DNA of 64,000 bases, from NCBI GenBank assembly GCA_949295125.1, contig CASFJV010000052.1:5686-69685 (forward strand), in the 5' to 3' direction. The translations under genes and the position numbers were made by a program. Positions 61,523 through 64,000 of the stretch are shown here, in pieces. The stretch is from an uncultured Spirochaetales bacterium (lineage in GTDB: Bacteria; Spirochaetota; Spirochaetia; Sphaerochaetales; Sphaerochaetaceae). How positions within the stretch are numbered: the first letter of the stretch is position 1; each line of letters begins with the position of its first letter. The notes beneath the pieces are model-generated. The model was not told the DNA's origin. It ran no database searches and worked only from the letters and a program-made list of their open reading frames with translations.

Positions 61523-62223
61523 TGGAAGAGTTCGTAATCAACATAGTGGACCTCAGGAAATTCTATCTTGTCGGAGATTTCGTCGTCCGGGCCCTCGACG
61601 GGGTGAATCTCAGGATAAGAAGGGGTGACTTTACGGCCATCATGGGCCCCTCCGGCTCTGGAAAGAGCACTCTGATGAACATGATAGGATGCCTGGACAG
61701 CCCCACAAGCGGCCTTGTTTCGATAGATGGGGAGATAATAAACGCAATGGATGAGGCAGAGCTTGCAGATGTGAGGAACAGGAAAGTAGGCTTTGTCTTC
61801 CAGCAGTTCAACCTGCTGCCAAAGCTTACAGCGCTTGACAATGTCATCACGCCGCTGCTTTATTCCCAGAACGGGATGAACTCAAAAGAGAGGAGGGAGA
61901 GGGCCGAATACCTGCTTGAGCGCGTATCGCTTAAGGACAGGATGAAACACAGGCCATCTGAGCTTTCCGGAGGGCAGAAACAGAGGGTCGCAATTGCGCG
62001 TGCCCTGGTGAACAACCCTGCAATACTGCTTGCTGATGAACCGACGGGAGCGCTGGATTCCAGGACCGGTGACCAGATAATGAGCCTTTTCATGGATCTG
62101 AATGAAGAGGGCAGGACTATCGTATTTGTTACCCATGACAGGAGCCTTGGCATGAAATGCAGGAGCCAGGTTTATATCAGGGATGGAAAGATTGTAGAAA
62201 GAGATGTTGAGAGAGAATATTAA
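61522..62223 (+). CDS. MacB/LolD-type ABC ATP-binding protein
   Basis: Walker A GPSGSGKST, NRKVGFVFQQFNLLP, LSGGQKQRVAIARAL and LLADEPTGALD. Confidence 0.9.
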   Translation: MEEFVINIVDLRKFYLVGDFVVRALDGVNLRIRRGDFTAIMGPSGSGKSTLMNMIGCLDSPTSGLVSIDGEIINAMDEAELADVRNRKVGFVFQQFNLLPKLTALDNVITPLLYSQNGMNSKERRERAEYLLERVSLKDRMKHRPSELSGGQKQRVAIARALVNNPAILLADEPTGALDSRTGDQIMSLFMDLNEEGRTIVFVTHDRSLGMKCRSQVYIRDGKIVERDVEREY

Positions 62224-63388
62224 GCTAGCCCTGTTCAGCATGGCGGCAAACAAGATAAGAACGCTGCTCAGCCTTCTTGGCATCATGATAGGAGTGGCGA
62301 GCGTAGTTGCCATCATGACCCTTGGCCAGAGTGCGACAGACAGCATAAACGAATCCCTGGAAATCGGGGGAATAGACATGGTGACTGTCATGCCGATGGG
62401 CTCTGCCAGGGAACTTGAGATATTTGATGAGACTTTTGGAAACACGCTGATGCAGAATGTCTCCGGAATAGATACAGTCCTTCCTTCTGCCCAGACAAGC
62501 GTCAACCTGAGAAACGGGCAGGAGATAGTGAGGGCAAGCGTCAGTGGCGTTTATTCCTCATACTTTGATGTGAATAGCCTCGAGCTTGAGGATGGAGAGT
62601 TCTTTGGAGCTGAGGATAATATAAACAGGCGGCAGGTGGTTGTCCTTGGCTCCCAGCTTGCAGAGGATCTCTTTCCTGCAGGATCCGCAGTCGGCGAATA
62701 CATTTCGGTATTCAGGCAGCAGTCCAAAAGATACCAGGTGATAGGGGTGCTCTCAGAAAAGAGCGAGACGCTTGGCAACACTTACGATAATTCTGCTTTC
62801 GTACCATACAACACCTATGACCAGAGGCTGAGGAGGATAACGATGCCATCATCCTATTCCATCCTTGTCGCTGATGGATTCAGTGCCGTGGATGTTGCTG
62901 ATGATACGGAAACATTCCTCTTCCAGATGCTTGGCGATGATGACTACTACATGGTATATTCTCCTGCAACCCTTGTTGAGATGAGCAATGAGATAATGGC
63001 GACGTTCACCCTTTTCCTCTCATGCATTGCCGGCATCTCCCTTTTAGTCGGCGGAATCGGGATAATGAATATCATGCTTGTTTCAGTCATTGAAAGGACA
63101 AGGGAGATAGGAATCAGGAAGGCTCTTGGAGCTTCTCCCAAAACCATACAGTCCCAGTTCCTTGTGGAGTCCATAACCATAACGCTCTTTGGTGGAATAA
63201 TTGGGATAGCAATTGGAATGACGCTTAGCTATTTTACAGCCGATTATGCCGGATGGAGCATGTCAGTCAGCTACAGTGCAATACTCTTTGCCCTGGCATT
63301 TTCCACGCTTGTCGGGGTATTCTTCGGCTGGTATCCTGCAAAGAAGGCCGCAGCCCTTGATCCTATAGAATCGCTGAGCTATGAGTAA
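62204..63388 (+). CDS. MacB-type ABC permease (MacB_PCD + FtsX domain)
   Basis: An N-terminal TM, a periplasmic domain, then FtsX helices with the conserved RTREIGIRKALGA loop. Confidence 0.9.
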   Translation: MLRENIKLALFSMAANKIRTLLSLLGIMIGVASVVAIMTLGQSATDSINESLEIGGIDMVTVMPMGSARELEIFDETFGNTLMQNVSGIDTVLPSAQTSVNLRNGQEIVRASVSGVYSSYFDVNSLELEDGEFFGAEDNINRRQVVVLGSQLAEDLFPAGSAVGEYISVFRQQSKRYQVIGVLSEKSETLGNTYDNSAFVPYNTYDQRLRRITMPSSYSILVADGFSAVDVADDTETFLFQMLGDDDYYMVYSPATLVEMSNEIMATFTLFLSCIAGISLLVGGIGIMNIMLVSVIERTREIGIRKALGASPKTIQSQFLVESITITLFGGIIGIAIGMTLSYFTADYAGWSMSVSYSAILFALAFSTLVGVFFGWYPAKKAAALDPIESLSYE

Positions 63389-63397
63389 AGGTGAGCT

Positions 63398-64000
63398 ATG
63401 AAGAAAGAGAGGAAGAAGAGGAAGATATTTTCCTTCCTGGAAAAAAGGAGCCGTCATATTGCACTTCTGATTGAAGTGCTCATAACAGTTTTCTTCATTG
63501 CCCTCATCGTGCTTCTCTCATTCCTTTCCTTTTCAATGGTGCGCCTGGCAGAGCTTGAGCTTGAAAACAGCACAGAGCGTGCGTTCAATGCTGTGATAAT
63601 GGCCCTCAGGGATAATGACATCAATATGAATGACGTGATGTCATCCTATGGCATCAACGGCGTAGGAATATATTCTGCATCAGGAAACCTGCTTTACTCT
63701 GAAGGAAGCGTATACCAGCGCCTTCCGATAAGCCTCTTCAGGGAGAGTGAGCGCAACAGCCTCACATCATCCCGGCTTTCCTTTGACGCAAGGCGGAATA
63801 TCGTTGAGTACATCAGGGCATCAAGCCAGGCTGTGATTCCCCAGAACGGGAGCCTCCTTCTTCCAATAAATGAAATAAGCCTGAGCTACCCGAACATAAT
63901 ATACATAAATCTTGATGCCTCCGGTTTTGGAGAGGAGCTGATGCACCTTAGGGTTCTTTTCATCGCCCTTATCATCCTTTCCCTCGTTCTTTATATAATC
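63398..64000 (+). CDS. Membrane sensor protein, N-terminal part (probable histidine kinase), runs off the window
   Basis: ATG at 63398. The frame is open to the window end. A basic N-terminus, a TM helix, about 150 aa of extracytoplasmic domain, then a second TM (LRVLFIALIILSLVLYII). The kinase domain is not visible. Confidence 0.45.
   Translation, partial: MKKERKKRKIFSFLEKRSRHIALLIEVLITVFFIALIVLLSFLSFSMVRLAELELENSTERAFNAVIMALRDNDINMNDVMSSYGINGVGIYSASGNLLYSEGSVYQRLPISLFRESERNSLTSSRLSFDARRNIVEYIRASSQAVIPQNGSLLLPINEISLSYPNIIYINLDASGFGEELMHLRVLFIALIILSLVLYII

Noticed and set aside
61882-62505. 207-aa minus-strand ORF across the MacB ATPase/permease junction
   Set aside because: It is antisense to two well-supported genes. 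It has no motifs and reads as a shadow-ORF translation.
1-64000. CRISPR arrays, tRNA/rRNA genes, integrases, transposases and toxin-antitoxin pairs
   Set aside because: I scanned the intergenic regions and the ORF track. I saw no regularly spaced repeats, no tRNA-like T-arm motifs in gaps, and no recombinase, transposase or typical small TA gene pairs.

Overview
This 64-kb chromosomal window is densely coding and comes from a moderate-GC anaerobic diderm bacterium. Anaerobic markers are NfnAB, butyrate kinase, flavodoxin and QueH. Diderm markers are TolC, beta-barrel proteins and many lipoproteins with an 'SC' lipobox. The style suggests Spirochaetota, but I cannot confirm taxonomy without a search. 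I support about 64 protein genes and found no rRNA, tRNA, CRISPR array, integrase or transposase.

Gene content, in order:
- a TetR regulator with a heterodimeric ABC exporter
- a flavodoxin/DUF3793 pair with a Crp-like regulator
- a histidine kinase and OmpR-type regulator followed by a membrane-lipid block (PLC-like, TVP38, two GT4 glycosyltransferases, PAP2)
- a split ChrA pair, buk, GtrA, EamA, GNAT and a methyltransferase
- an outer-membrane patatin, queH, cls and a DEAD-box helicase
- an 8.7-kb locus of seven secreted or lipoprotein genes built around LPP20-fold domains
- an M48 protease / beta-barrel / phosphoesterase operon and an SSS transporter
- trkA-trkH-trkH, tandem hsp20 genes, and nfnAB with an EIIA(Ntr)-like gene
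- an ECF A-T module, asnB, pyrG and sugar-metabolism genes
- an SPFH-TolC-MacAB-like efflux block

Most interesting observations:
1. The LPP20-fold envelope locus (25892-34564) is bracketed by two giant paralogs with beta-barrel-like C-termini. I cannot match it to any described system.
2. A roughly 1.6-kb single-gene cassette (AAA_14/DUF4143 ATPase with a nuclease-like C-terminus) sits in the 3' end of trkH. It is flanked by a 68-bp near-identical duplication of the trkH tail, and the displaced tail still carries its terminator.
3. A textbook sigma-54 -24/-12 promoter with two 18-bp dyad repeats lies upstream of the tandem hsp20 genes.
4. Leader terminators sit in front of both asnB and pyrG.
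5. A GTTAG-N6-CTAAC palindrome recurs three times.

All family assignments come from reading motifs by eye. No database search was run.
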